Assembly (NCBI GenBank): GCA_965215265.1
Contig: OZ244048.1
Span: forward strand, 640,001-704,000
Source of the DNA: Candidatus Poribacteria bacterium
GTDB taxonomy: Bacteria; Poribacteria; WGA-4E; WGA-3G
Length of the DNA: 64,000 bases
Reading direction: 5' to 3'
The position numbers and the translations under genes are program-made. The notes below the pieces were generated by a model. That model saw nothing but the letters and a program-made list of their open reading frames with translations, was not told the DNA's origin and searched no databases. The stretch's first letter is position 1; the number at the start of each line of letters is the position of its first letter. This document shows, in pieces, positions 49,785 through 60,447 of this stretch.

Positions 49785-49813
49785 AGCATAGCACAGGATT
49801 GTAACTTGTGCAA
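49785..49813 (-). promoter_or_regulatory. Sigma70-type promoter for ggt
   Basis: TTGCAC-17-TATGCT with extended TG. Confidence 0.55.
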
Positions 49814-49931
49814 TACTTAAAGTGACAACGGTACTAAGATGCTTTGCTTGTTCTCGAAGTTTTAATCGGTTGCATCATGAAAGGAATTCGGTTAAAATAG
49901 GGTTCATGCAGCAAATGAGATATATTTTGAC

Positions 49932-50543
49932 GTGGTGTTAGATTCGTTTTTTTTGGGCGATTCAGTGAAAATTCCAAATATCGTTATCATCGGTGACAAA
50001 TCGCAGGCAGGAACTTATGTGCTGTGGATCCGTCTAGAAGAAGACGTTTGTTTAAGTTTCGGCAGATTCAAGAGAGGTAAACTGATTTCACTGCACGCCG
50101 GTGCCTATATCTACGTCGGTTCAGCGCTCTCAAAAAAAGGCGCGACTTCATTGGCACGACGGCTCAGCCGCCACGCAACCCGAAGTGGGGCAAAACCTCC
50201 ACATCGCATCCGCGACATAATGATAAATCAATTTGCTGAGCGTGGTTTGGGAAATGGGAATCTATTGCCAAAACGCGGCAAAACTTTATATTGGAACATT
50301 GACTTTCTCTTGGACTTGCAGTCGGCAGAGATTGAACGTCTCATCGCGATTCGTTCCCCGGAACGATTGGAACAGAAACTCGCTAAATGGTTAGAGGAAG
50401 AACGACAAACACAAGTTATTGAACGAGGCATCGGTGCGAATGATACGCCCGGCAATACACACCTGTTGCACGTCTGTGCAGATAACGTATGGTGGGAATC
50501 GCTTGTGAAAAACGTGGACAGGATTGTTAACGGGAACCCCTAA
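49932..50543 (+). CDS. GIY-YIG/Uri-type nuclease (DUF123-like)
   Basis: GTYVL, G.Y.YVGSA, RL.RH, W.IDFLL, E, GA.D...THL. Confidence 0.8.
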   Translation: MVLDSFFLGDSVKIPNIVIIGDKSQAGTYVLWIRLEEDVCLSFGRFKRGKLISLHAGAYIYVGSALSKKGATSLARRLSRHATRSGAKPPHRIRDIMINQFAERGLGNGNLLPKRGKTLYWNIDFLLDLQSAEIERLIAIRSPERLEQKLAKWLEEERQTQVIERGIGANDTPGNTHLLHVCADNVWWESLVKNVDRIVNGNP

Positions 50544-50569
50544 GCTTAAAGAACATTAAAATATCCGAG

Positions 50570-50638
50570 AAAAGTGGCAGGATAGGTATCTTTGTCTGTC
50601 CATGAGACAAGATAACCTTTTACCTGCCACCCACTGGG
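50570..50638 (+). repeat. Dispersed imperfect palindrome, copy 3
   Basis: Reverse complement of copy 1 apart from the loop and a 1-nt indel. Confidence 0.9.
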
Positions 50639-50646
50639 AGGTGACT

Positions 50647-51762
50647 ATGCACGACCCACGGCTTGATAAACTTGCAAACGTGCTCACGACTCACTCCACT
50701 AAAGTCCAAACCGGTGAATTTGTGCTTATCGAAGGTATTGACATCCCGCAAGAAATGGTCATTGCCCTTATCCGTGCGGTGCGGAAAGCCGGAGGAATTC
50801 CGCTCGTTGAACTGAAGCAAAACCGTATCCAACGTGAAATCATCCTCGGTGGTGATGACGCAGGAATAAAACGAGTTGGTGAATATGAAAGGTATCGTAT
50901 GGAACACGTGCAGGCTTACATCGGCATACGCGGCAGCCATAACATTACAGAGATGTCCGACGTGCCGGCGACAGCAATGCAGCGTTATGAAAAACTGTGG
51001 TTCATGCCTGTTCACATTGATATCCGCGTGCCAAAGACAAAATGGGTTGTCCTCCGGTGGCCCCTGCCGTCAATGGCACAACAGGCAAATATGAGCACAG
51101 AGGCGTTTGAGGATTTCTATTTTAAAGTTTGCACGCTTGACTACAGCCGAATGGCACGTGCCATGTCACCCCTCAAAGCGCTCATGGAGGCGACAGACGA
51201 AGTCCATATAGTCGGCAAAGGCACTGATTTGCGATTCAGCATCAAGGATATTCCCGTTATTCCATGTGCTGGTGAGAAAAATATCCCTGACGGTGAGTGC
51301 TTTACTGCGCCAGTGCGGGATTCTGTCAACGGCACGATCCATTTCAATACACCCACAATCTATCAAGGGACCCCCTTTACTGACATCCGGCTCCGCTTTG
51401 AAAAGGGTAAAATCGTGGAGGCATTAGCGAACAACAGCGACAGGCTGAATCAGATCCTCAATACGGACGAAGGTGCACGTTATATCGGCGAGTTTTCTAT
51501 TGCGTTCAACCCGTACATCACCAATCCGATGCTTGATATTCTGTTTGACGAAAAGATTGCCGGTTCATTTCATTTCACCCCCGGGCAGGCTTACGAGGAA
51601 GCAGATAACGGAGTCCATTCCGCTGTGCATTGGGATATGGTAATGATTCAAACGCCGGCACATGGGGGCGGGGAAATGTATTTCGACGGAAATCTCATTC
51701 GGAAGGACGGACGATTTGTGCATTCAGAATTGGAAGCGTTAAATCCGGAGCACTTGAAATGA
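50647..51762 (+). CDS. M29 aminopeptidase (AmpS/PepS-like)
   Basis: NIPDGE.FTAP, GARYIGE, LFDEKI.GSFH, SAVHWD; GGAGG SD before ATG 50647. Confidence 0.93.
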   Translation: MHDPRLDKLANVLTTHSTKVQTGEFVLIEGIDIPQEMVIALIRAVRKAGGIPLVELKQNRIQREIILGGDDAGIKRVGEYERYRMEHVQAYIGIRGSHNITEMSDVPATAMQRYEKLWFMPVHIDIRVPKTKWVVLRWPLPSMAQQANMSTEAFEDFYFKVCTLDYSRMARAMSPLKALMEATDEVHIVGKGTDLRFSIKDIPVIPCAGEKNIPDGECFTAPVRDSVNGTIHFNTPTIYQGTPFTDIRLRFEKGKIVEALANNSDRLNQILNTDEGARYIGEFSIAFNPYITNPMLDILFDEKIAGSFHFTPGQAYEEADNGVHSAVHWDMVMIQTPAHGGGEMYFDGNLIRKDGRFVHSELEALNPEHLK

Positions 51763-52241
51763 GCAGGAAACAACATAGGGTATACGGAGATCCGCGGCGG
51801 TTTGAAGTTGTCGCCGATTTCATCGCCGAGCGATACGGCAATACGATTCATTGCATTGCCGACGTTGCTGGTGGAAAAGGGATATTGACGCGCCTTCTCA
51901 CCAAGAAGAAAAACTTTGCCTGTGAACTCATTGACCCGCGCCAGACAGTGCTCAAAGGTATTAATCATCGGCCCAAGCAATTTGAACCTGAGATGGCAGA
52001 TTACTACGACCTATTAGTCGGCCTACATCCAGATGGTGCATTACGTCAATTAGGAGAGGCGGCACTTATTCGACCAGCTGTGATAATTCCATGTTGCAAT
52101 TTCTGGGATGAACAGCGCCGGGGGCAGTATGCGTTATTGACAGTAATTGAGAATTTCTATCGTCAGCATTCGGTCCGGTTTGAGCGAATTGAATTAGACT
52201 TCAGTGGACCGAAAAATATCGCTATTGTATCCGAACCGTGA
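51759..52241 (+). CDS. Small SAM-dependent methyltransferase-like protein
   Basis: [21 protein letters not shown]; ATGA overlap with the upstream gene. Confidence 0.6.
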   Translation: MSRKQHRVYGDPRRFEVVADFIAERYGNTIHCIADVAGGKGILTRLLTKKKNFACELIDPRQTVLKGINHRPKQFEPEMADYYDLLVGLHPDGALRQLGEAALIRPAVIIPCCNFWDEQRRGQYALLTVIENFYRQHSVRFERIELDFSGPKNIAIVSEP

Positions 52242-52387
52242 ATAGGCAGCATACGCTGCTGGTTCTCCGACCATCACATAAACACGGATAACATGGCGTG
52301 TTTGCCCTCAGATAGTAGATCTCTCGTGAAATTGTGCTGTTAAGCAATTTTAGATCTTAATATAGATGTAAAAGATTAAACCAACTT

Positions 52388-53020
52388 ATGAGAAAATGGA
52401 TTTTCACAGGAATCGCAATCAGTTTCTCGCTTGCATTAGGATACCTCTTTCTCAATGGAAGCCGGTATAGCCAGTTAATCGGTTTTTTTGGGTATATGAG
52501 TGTTGCCTGCACGCTACTTCCGTTGCCGACTCCGCCCTATGTTATCGCACTCGGAAAGGCCTTTGACCCGAGCATCGTTGCTCTCATTGGAGCAATTGGA
52601 AATTGCATTGCTGCGTGTGTGGAATACTACTTGCTAATTTGGTTTTTTTCAAAGACTAAACTCCAGCAGTCCGTCGAAAACAACCGCATATTCCAAAAAT
52701 TCTCCGACTATTTTCGTCGTGCTGCATTCATGTGCTTAATTTTTACTGGGTTCACGCCGATTCCGTTTGAACCTTTTCGATTCGCGGCGATTCTAGCAGG
52801 CTATAACTTGTGGCTGTATCTGTTAGCCGTTTTACTCGGACGTTTCCCGCGTTATTATCTTATTGCTGTTATCGGCGACCAGTTCCAGATTCCAACGCAT
52901 TACCTGATCATCCTTCTCATCATTTTGTTCATTGTTCTGATAAGTGGGATGTTGATCGAACGTTACACATCAAACGACGATGGGAAAACGGAGCACTCAC
53001 AACGGCACAAGGGTGAATGA
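52388..53020 (+). CDS. DedA/VTT-family membrane protein
   Basis: PLPT, G..GN, FTPIPF..F..AA, GRFPRY; hydrophobic. Confidence 0.85.
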   Translation: MRKWIFTGIAISFSLALGYLFLNGSRYSQLIGFFGYMSVACTLLPLPTPPYVIALGKAFDPSIVALIGAIGNCIAACVEYYLLIWFFSKTKLQQSVENNRIFQKFSDYFRRAAFMCLIFTGFTPIPFEPFRFAAILAGYNLWLYLLAVLLGRFPRYYLIAVIGDQFQIPTHYLIILLIILFIVLISGMLIERYTSNDDGKTEHSQRHKGE

Positions 53021-53307
53021 TGGAAATCTTGTGCTTACTATTTTCCTAATCTCCATGCTCCTAATCTTCTAATTAATGTGGGCAAAAACATGCAACTTAA
53101 AGACTATTGTTGAAATAATGATATTTCCAACAACCGGTGAAAGTCGAACTGCTATTTTATATTTTGCAACTGATTTCTCGCTTCAATTGCCGGTTCCTTG
53201 TTGCTGTTTTCTTGGCAACCGGCTATACTTAGGATAAGTTTGACATAAGATATAAGTTATAGATAGGTTTCTGTTCCTACCGGACTCAGAAACTGAAAAG
53301 GTAGAAC

Positions 53308-54744
53308 ATGGCACAACAACCCAATATTCTTTTTCTTCTCACAGACCAGCAACGTTTCGATTCGCTTAGTTGCAACGGTGCCCCAATTTGTAAAACGCCT
53401 GCTGTTGACGAAATTGCTGCAACGGGTATGCGTTTCACAAACGCGTATACGCCGATCGCGCTCTGCTCACCTGCACGCGGCTCTCTACTGACGGGACTCT
53501 ATCCGCACAATCATGGGCAACTGTCAAATATGGGGAATTTCAACGGCGTGTTTGCAAACCAGATTCTCGACAAACCAACGTATCCTCAGCTACTGAGGGC
53601 AGTAGACTATCAGGTGAGTTGTGTCGGCAAATGGCATCTCGCCAAGGAGGGCGACACAGAATTCTGGGGCTACGACAAATGGCACCCGTACCGCGAGTGG
53701 CATCAGTGGCTCCGTGAAGACGGAATCGACTACCGCATTGACAGGGATGCCGTGCAGCCGCTTGAATGGGGCGGCGAGGCACCTTTTCACGGTAGGCTAA
53801 CGTTACCGCCTGAACGGACAATGGAGGCGTGGACCGCGGATAAAACGATTGAACTCATCAACGGTTATTCGGATTCGACGCAACCCTTTATGATCTCCGC
53901 GAATTTCTTCGGACCGCACTTCCCTTATGCAGTACCCCCGCCTTATGATACGATGTACAATCCGGATGCTGTTGAACGTTGGGGCAACTTTGATGAGCAG
54001 TTTATCAATAAGCCGTCCATACAACAAAAGGAGATGCTCCGGTGGAACGCTAGCCACCTCACTTGGGCAGATTGGCAAAAAGTTATCGCGTGCTATTGGG
54101 GATTTTGCACGTTTATTGATGAACAGGTCCAGCGGATCCTCGACTGCTTGGAGGCTAACAGGCTCGCGGACAATACCATTGTTGTCTTTTCAACAGACCA
54201 CGGGGATATGCTCGGTAGCCATCGGCTTTTCAACAAAGGATTTCACATGTACGACGAGACACACCACATTCCACTCCTCATGCGATGGCCGGGTGTCATA
54301 TCACCTGGGGCAGCGTGCGACGAGTTTGTGAATCTCGTAGATCTAATGCCCACATTTTTGGAGATTGGCGGGGCAGCAGCACCGAATAATTTGGATGGCA
54401 GATCGATTGTCCCATTATTAAAAGAGGAAACAATACCAGATTGGCCAGATGATGTATTTGCTGAATTTCACGGGTATGAACCGACGCTCGCCTCTGTGCG
54501 AATGGTGAGGACGCACTCGTGGAAATACGTCTACAATCCCTACAGTGAGGACGAACTCTACGACATGCAGAGTGATCCGCATGAATTGCACAACCTCGCG
54601 ACGCACCTCGGTTACAAGCATGTACTTCGTCGGATGAAAGCGCGCATGGTGAATCGGTTGCGCGAAACGCGGGATAATATCGTGACGGAAGGCGGATGGC
54701 AGAGCAATTCGTTCGATTTGCTCATTTCTGAGCGCGAGCGTTAA
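53308..54744 (+). CDS. Cys-type sulfatase
   Basis: PNILF..TDQ, CSPARGS, GKWH, PH.P, DHGD. Confidence 0.93.
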   Translation: MAQQPNILFLLTDQQRFDSLSCNGAPICKTPAVDEIAATGMRFTNAYTPIALCSPARGSLLTGLYPHNHGQLSNMGNFNGVFANQILDKPTYPQLLRAVDYQVSCVGKWHLAKEGDTEFWGYDKWHPYREWHQWLREDGIDYRIDRDAVQPLEWGGEAPFHGRLTLPPERTMEAWTADKTIELINGYSDSTQPFMISANFFGPHFPYAVPPPYDTMYNPDAVERWGNFDEQFINKPSIQQKEMLRWNASHLTWADWQKVIACYWGFCTFIDEQVQRILDCLEANRLADNTIVVFSTDHGDMLGSHRLFNKGFHMYDETHHIPLLMRWPGVISPGAACDEFVNLVDLMPTFLEIGGAAAPNNLDGRSIVPLLKEETIPDWPDDVFAEFHGYEPTLASVRMVRTHSWKYVYNPYSEDELYDMQSDPHELHNLATHLGYKHVLRRMKARMVNRLRETRDNIVTEGGWQSNSFDLLISERER

Positions 54745-54876
54745 CCGACATCTGTTACAGAACATGTCTAATGGTTTGAAGAGCTACTTAGGATAATGAT
54801 ATTGCTTGATACGCTAAATTGTGCTGCCCGAAATATCCATTTGCAGCACCGTAATTGGGATGGTTTTCGCTAGTTT

Positions 54877-54954
54877 ATGAACAAATCAGCGAGCATCTCG
54901 GAGGAGTCGCGGTTGTTCATTATGCTCGAGCACAAATCAAGCCCGGATAATTGA
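54877..54954 (+). pseudogene. Short remnant resembling an Rpn/YhgA-like nuclease
   Basis: Translates to ...LFIMLEHKSSPD*, resembling the Rpn-family hhhhEHxS.PD motif. Confidence 0.35.
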
Positions 54955-55090
54955 CGAGGGTATAGGCAATACTAAGCAAGTTTTTATAGTAAATTTGAGA
55001 TTTTTTTGCGTCTAGTCATCTCGCCACCCATACGGGCGAACCGCGCCGGTTGTGCGAGTATCTAAATAATTATTGGAAAGTGCAACTTGA

Positions 55091-55120
55091 TTGACAAGTG
55101 AGACACCTAAATGGTATAAT
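55091..55120 (+). promoter_or_regulatory. Sigma70-type promoter
   Basis: TTGACA-18-TATAAT with extended TG. Confidence 0.7.
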
Positions 55121-55264
55121 TGTGTAATACACTTATATAGAGGAAAACCAGATTATTCTTGCTGCCTCAGTGGCTAATACCTATCGGGCGAGACTCACTT
55201 TTGAGTAATAGTCAGTGAATAATTCGCTGGCTTCGCTTTGAGAATGATGAAGGAGAAATAAAAG

Positions 55265-56062
55265 ATGAAAACTACAGTCGCGAGGTTAAAACTATTATGT
55301 GTCAGTTTAATGGTTATTAGCCTGATGTTTGTAGGTACCAGTACTGCTAAAATTGACTTTGAAACTTGCGTCGGAATGTGGCTCTTTGATGAGGGGCGTG
55401 GTAACGTAGCCGAAGATTCTTCTGGGACGGACAATAACGGCACGATTGAAGGTGGGGCAAAATGGGTTGATGGCAAGTTTGGTAAGGCTTTGAGCCTTGA
55501 CGGCTCCGATGATTACGTGGAAATTGCTCACGATGATTCTTTAATGGTTGGAGATAAACACACTATTGCCCTCTGGTTTAAATTAGATAAGGTGCCTGCT
55601 GGCGGCATGGCTGTTGTGACCAAAGATGATTGGGCACCCGGATTTTGGTGGGATGGGGGTGGGATCCGACATCACACTCATGACCCACCAGGCACGCTTC
55701 ACTTTATACATGCACCTTGGGATCCAGATACAGAGTGGCATCATGTTGCCGTTACCTGGGATGGTGAAGAGTTTGGAGTATATCTGGACGCGGATCAGAT
55801 TGGTTCTGGTGTAACTACGCCGAACTTAGGAAGGAATCCGTTAACCGACAAACCCGTTTTAATAGGTATCTATCTAGCCACTGGACAACATGCTCAGTGG
55901 GGTGAGTTTTTCTCTGGAATAATTGACGACGTTGTCATCTTTAATACGGCGTTGACCGATGATGATATTGAAATCCTCATGACTGATGGATTAAAAACCG
56001 CAGCGAGTATTGAACCTTCAGATAAACTCACAATGACCTGGGCTGCCATTAAAGCCTATTGA
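55265..56062 (+). CDS. Secreted LamG-like protein with the C-terminal tail motif
   Basis: Signal peptide; WLFDEG.G, GKFGKAL.LDG, WHHVAVTWDG, GIIDD; tail SIEPSDKLTMTWAAIKAY. Confidence 0.9.
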   Translation: MKTTVARLKLLCVSLMVISLMFVGTSTAKIDFETCVGMWLFDEGRGNVAEDSSGTDNNGTIEGGAKWVDGKFGKALSLDGSDDYVEIAHDDSLMVGDKHTIALWFKLDKVPAGGMAVVTKDDWAPGFWWDGGGIRHHTHDPPGTLHFIHAPWDPDTEWHHVAVTWDGEEFGVYLDADQIGSGVTTPNLGRNPLTDKPVLIGIYLATGQHAQWGEFFSGIIDDVVIFNTALTDDDIEILMTDGLKTAASIEPSDKLTMTWAAIKAY

Positions 56063-56240
56063 GCTACTCCTAAACCTAAATATTACGTGTGGGCAAACTT
56101 GTGCCTTGCCCTCGCCGGAATGGATAGGGAAGATAGGTGGGCAACCTCCCAGACAACCGAGCGAGGGAATGTTTGTTTGGGGGCAGGAGGCTTTTTGAAA
56201 TCCGTCTCTATTAAGAATACCCCTTGAAGTAGAATGAAAA

Positions 56241-56269
56241 GCAGCAGGCACACGCCGTGTGTCTGCTAC
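56241..56269 (-). repeat. GTAG-led REP-like hairpin
   Basis: Minus strand GTAGCAGACACAC-ggc-GTGTGCCTGCTGC. Confidence 0.5.
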
Positions 56270-56537
56270 CTTATATATTTTTCCGCTGTTCATCGGTGAG
56301 ATAAATTTGGTTCTGATTTTTGAGAAAATGTCCATCTTTTTTTTGAGTGCATGTTGTAAATCCCTTTAAAAGTGTCCGCCATCCTCTCCTCGATTCTGAC
56401 TAATATATGTCCCAGAATTTCCATAGATTTTTGTCTTGAATCTTTGGAGGAAAACCGCCATAATGTTAGGAACAATTGATGCTTTTGAGGCGGATATCTT
56501 TTCCAAAAATGAAGTGATTCTACGAGGAGGAAAATCC

Positions 56538-57314
56538 ATGGAAACGATTAAACTTTCATCAGGTCATCTAATGCCCGTGGTCGGCATGGGCACATGGAGG
56601 TTGCAAGGTGAAGCGTGCAAGGTTGCGATAAAAAAAGCAGTCGAAATGGGATATACGCATATTGACACCGCGTGGATGTATGGCAACCAGACGGAAATCG
56701 GCGAGGCCCTGCGAGAGCTCAGCATGGACAGGGAGCAACTGTTCATTACAACCAAAGTTTGGCATACGCATCTCTGCTATGACGAGGTACTCACACAGTT
56801 TGATGAATGCCTCAATCAACTTCAGATGGATTACGTGGACCTACTGCTGATTCATCATCCCAATGAATCAGTACCGTTGCAAGAAACTCTCGGTGCCTTC
56901 AACGAAATACACAATGCCGGACAGACAAAGAGCATCGGAATCAGCAATTTTAGTATCCCGCAAGTCGAACAGGCGCAGCTGGTTTCGGTAGCCCCCATTG
57001 TCACCAATCAGGTCGAATACAACGTCCGGAGCAATAAGGAGGCTCTGTTGGCACATTGCACAAAGCATGGCGTTGTGTTAACCGCACATCGTCCACTCGC
57101 AGTCGGGGAAATTGTGCGGGAGAAGACTTTGCAGGCGATCGGCAAAAAATATGGAAAAACGGCAGCCCAGGTGGCATTGCGGTGGTTGCTACAAAAAGGT
57201 ATGATCGTTATTCCGAAATCCGGTTCTGAAGCACATTTGCGAGAGAATTTGGATGTCTTGGATTGGGCATTAACCGTTGAAGAGATGGAGCGGATTGACA
57301 GCATCTCCGGATAG
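56538..57314 (+). CDS. Aldo/keto reductase
   Basis: G.GTW, IDTA..Y, TTKVW, DLLLIH, IGISNF, NQVEY, IPKS; AGGAGG SD. Confidence 0.93.
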   Translation: METIKLSSGHLMPVVGMGTWRLQGEACKVAIKKAVEMGYTHIDTAWMYGNQTEIGEALRELSMDREQLFITTKVWHTHLCYDEVLTQFDECLNQLQMDYVDLLLIHHPNESVPLQETLGAFNEIHNAGQTKSIGISNFSIPQVEQAQLVSVAPIVTNQVEYNVRSNKEALLAHCTKHGVVLTAHRPLAVGEIVREKTLQAIGKKYGKTAAQVALRWLLQKGMIVIPKSGSEAHLRENLDVLDWALTVEEMERIDSISG

Positions 57315-57592
57315 AATTCAGTGTGAAGACTTGCCCTGTACCAGTGCGATTTAGAGGGTTTTTCCCGGTGCATCACTGTTTCAAGTAACAAAGAACTCGG
57401 GCTAACACTGTCACCTCTTGGCGCTTGGTTATTATTACGTTCAACTTGAAAACAGGTCGTTTGAATTAAAATCAATGCACGAACCCTTCGTGTAAATAAG
57501 GCTTATAGACGGTTTCGCCCTGAATTTCGAGCAATTAGAGAGATATATTGAGTCGCAAAATTTGTTAGACAATGCGAGGCGGAGTTTTGTAA

Positions 57593-58342
57593 ATGTCACA
57601 AGAAGCTGCAATGGAACATCTCGAAACCTTTGGTTATTGTCTGATTGAAAACGCTATTCCGGCAGAGCAGGCAGATGCGATGGCGGAGAAGTATTTCCAG
57701 TTTCACCTATCCTCAGCGAATCACCAATTTTTCCAAGATCCGAACGCTGAGTTGTATCAAACCCTTTTTGGTGTGATTAACCTTGACGACATGTGTTGGG
57801 CGTGCATTACTCATCCACAAGTTATGCAAGTTGTTCGTCATTTCCTCGGTGGTAGTGCACGGTTGGGCGAGACTTGCACAAAGTGGGTCAAGCCAAAAGC
57901 ACCGCAGGGCGTTATTCATACCGATTCGACACATGATTTGCCGGAGCGGCTGCCCGCAACCCCATGGATGATTAATTCGATGTGGATGATGACGGATTTT
58001 ACAGTTGATAACGGTGCTACAGTCGTTGTTCCATTCAGCCATCGCACGCGGCAGAGGCCGACGCAATTGGATATTTCGCAGAGTCATCCGGTGCCGATTT
58101 GTGGACAGCGCGGATCCGTCTTGTTATGGCAGGGTGCAACATGGCATGGCCAAGGGGCAAACACAAGCCAAGACAAACATCGCATGGGATTGAATATTGC
58201 CTACTATCCGGCTTGGTGGAACCTAATGCGTGAAGGTGGACATCAGCCTGTTTTTCCAGAGACGTTTGCGCGAATGCCCGAAACCCTACAAATACTTGTC
58301 CGCCATAAGGTAGCGAAACAGCGTGAAGACATCTATGAGTAA
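57593..58342 (+). CDS. Phytanoyl-CoA dioxygenase (PhyH) family protein
   Basis: HTD, DFT.DNGAT..VP.SH, WHG..N...R. Confidence 0.9.
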   Translation: MSQEAAMEHLETFGYCLIENAIPAEQADAMAEKYFQFHLSSANHQFFQDPNAELYQTLFGVINLDDMCWACITHPQVMQVVRHFLGGSARLGETCTKWVKPKAPQGVIHTDSTHDLPERLPATPWMINSMWMMTDFTVDNGATVVVPFSHRTRQRPTQLDISQSHPVPICGQRGSVLLWQGATWHGQGANTSQDKHRMGLNIAYYPAWWNLMREGGHQPVFPETFARMPETLQILVRHKVAKQREDIYE

Positions 58343-58360
58343 GGCTTTTCGAGACCAGTT

Positions 58361-59203
58361 TCAGACCTTCATAACAAATTCACAGCCCAGCTGAAACCAC
58401 TTCCGAAGAATCGTGTTTTCAGTACGAGTCCGCTTCGCTTGTGAACCTGTAGCTTGTGAGAGATCTATTGTCGCCGAAACGACCTCGTCTCCAAAAAATC
58501 CAGCCTCTTTGATGACGGTTCCGTCAGGATGAACAATCTTTGAGTTCCCATGGGATGCCCCTGTCGCCCGTAAATCGTCAGGATTTGCCGGCGTATTCGC
58601 CATGACAAGATAGATTCCATTTTCCGTTGCACGCGATATCGGCATGGCACGGTAGGCAGAGAGTTTATGCTCGGACAACAATCCTGATTCACATGAGCAG
58701 AAAAAGCAGATTTGGGCACCCATTGCCGCGGGGAGTTTGACTAATTCTGGATAGCGTACATCGTGGCAGATAATGAAGCAGCAATCAATACCTGCAAGCT
58801 CAACTATAGGAAGTTCACCGCGATTGTTGGTGCACCACTTTTCTCCTGCCAAGAAAGTTTTGCCGTAGCGGTATTTGAGAGTCCCTTGCGAATTGAATAT
58901 GGCTAAGTCGTTATGCCAATTTTCCCCTTCATGATGTGCTGAGCCAACGATAACCGAGATTTGGTATTGACGGGCAGCTTCCGCGATTTTGGCTTCTGCT
59001 TCTTCAAAAACCTGTGGTGAACTCTGTGCCCAATAATCGGTTCGACAACAGTAGCCGAAGAGACATCCTTCCGGGAAGGCAACAATCTGGATCTGCATCT
59101 CTGCACAAGTTTCTATTTTCTCAAGTACTTTTTCTGTGCTCGCTGAAACGTCTGCACTCGTGAGCAATTGACATGCTGCAACTTTTATATGGTTAGTAGC
59201 CAT
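58361..59203 (-). CDS. Carbon-nitrogen hydrolase
   Basis: E-K-C triad (FPEG, YGKT, ICHD.RYPE), RA.EN; GGAGG SD before ATG 59203. Confidence 0.9.
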   Translation of the reverse strand: MATNHIKVAACQLLTSADVSASTEKVLEKIETCAEMQIQIVAFPEGCLFGYCCRTDYWAQSSPQVFEEAEAKIAEAARQYQISVIVGSAHHEGENWHNDLAIFNSQGTLKYRYGKTFLAGEKWCTNNRGELPIVELAGIDCCFIICHDVRYPELVKLPAAMGAQICFFCSCESGLLSEHKLSAYRAMPISRATENGIYLVMANTPANPDDLRATGASHGNSKIVHPDGTVIKEAGFFGDEVVSATIDLSQATGSQAKRTRTENTILRKWFQLGCEFVMKV

Positions 59204-59335
59204 CTGTTTAGTTCCTCCGCTTATCTTTTCTTTATGATACCACATCTGCGGCTCTGACTCAACCTTTATCCAAATTCCAATTAACTCAAAAGGTATTTTA
59301 ACACTTAATTCGAATAGCTGTCGCAATTGTTCAAA

Positions 59336-59365
59336 TTGACATAAAACAGCGATTGGTGATAGAAT
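59336..59365 (+). promoter_or_regulatory. Sigma70-type promoter for hflKC
   Basis: TTGACA-18-TAGAAT with extended TG. Confidence 0.6.
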
Positions 59366-59460
59366 ACAGTATGTTTACCTGAGATACTATCTAAGACATA
59401 GCAGTCGTACCCTAGTACGATAAACAAATAGGTCCGATGGACCAAAAGGAACCACCAATC

Positions 59461-60429
59461 ATGAACCAACTGAATAAACTAAATGAAGTCCAGTCCTACG
59501 TCCGTCTCATTACTGCGAAACGGATTTTGCTTGTGCTTGTGGGCGTGGGACTTCTCGCCAGCTTAGCGACCTGTTTTTATACAGTCGAAGCGAACGAAAT
59601 TGCAGTTGTCCTGATGTTCGGCAAATCTGTTCGTCAAACTGAGCCCGGGCTCCACTTCAAATTGCCACTCGGCATTGAGAGGACGATTAACGTTCCGGTG
59701 CGGAAAGTCTTCAAAGAAGAATTCGGATTTCGGACCCTCAAAGCGGGCATCCGTACCCAATATGACACCCGCGATTACGGAGAGGAATCCCTGCTGCTGA
59801 CAGGCGATCTTAACATTGCTGATGTTGAATGGGTAGTTCAGTATAAGATCGAATCTCCCCAAAAATTCTTGTTTTCTGTCCGGAATCCGCAACGTGCTTT
59901 ACGAGACCTTGCTGAGTCTGTGATGAGCCGGGTGATTGGAGACAGGACTGTTACCGAAGTGTTAACCGTGGGGCGTATTGAAATTGCAGCGGAAGTTGAG
60001 CGACATCTGCAGGAGCTGCTGGATCGCTACGAAACCGGGTTGGGGATATCTACGGTAACTTTGCAGGATGTAAATCCGCCAGACATGGTCAAGTCTGCGT
60101 TTAACGCCGTTAACGAGGCGAAACAGGAAAAAGATCGGTTAATCAACGAGGCCTGGCGGGATTACAACCAATCTGTGCCTAAATCCAAAGGGTTAGCCTC
60201 ACAAAAAATTTCTGAAGCCGAAGGGTACGCGCTGAAACGTGTTAACCAAGCACAAGGGGACGCAGATCGATTCAACGCAATTCGCTCAGAATATGAGAAA
60301 GCGAAAGCAGTGACTCGCCAGCGGCTCTATCTGGAAACGATGCAAGAGGTTTTGCCCCAGGTTAAGGAGATTTATGTATTTGACGCTAAAACTAACACCC
60401 CGATTCCGATTCTACAACTCGGTCAATAA
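59461..60429 (+). CDS. hflK: FtsH modulator HflK
   Basis: PGLHFK, LLTGDLNI, LQDVNPP..V..AF, A.G.A.RF, RLYLETM; start 59437 or 59461. Confidence 0.93.
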   Translation: MNQLNKLNEVQSYVRLITAKRILLVLVGVGLLASLATCFYTVEANEIAVVLMFGKSVRQTEPGLHFKLPLGIERTINVPVRKVFKEEFGFRTLKAGIRTQYDTRDYGEESLLLTGDLNIADVEWVVQYKIESPQKFLFSVRNPQRALRDLAESVMSRVIGDRTVTEVLTVGRIEIAAEVERHLQELLDRYETGLGISTVTLQDVNPPDMVKSAFNAVNEAKQEKDRLINEAWRDYNQSVPKSKGLASQKISEAEGYALKRVNQAQGDADRFNAIRSEYEKAKAVTRQRLYLETMQEVLPQVKEIYVFDAKTNTPIPILQLGQ

Positions 60430-60447
60430 GCCTACTATACAAGGAGA

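Noticed and set aside
56086-56200. c-di-GMP-I riboswitch (GGCAAAC)
   Set aside because: It lacks the GAAA-tetraloop stem and GACGCAAA element; it looks like a GGGCAA...TTGCCC REP-type hairpin.
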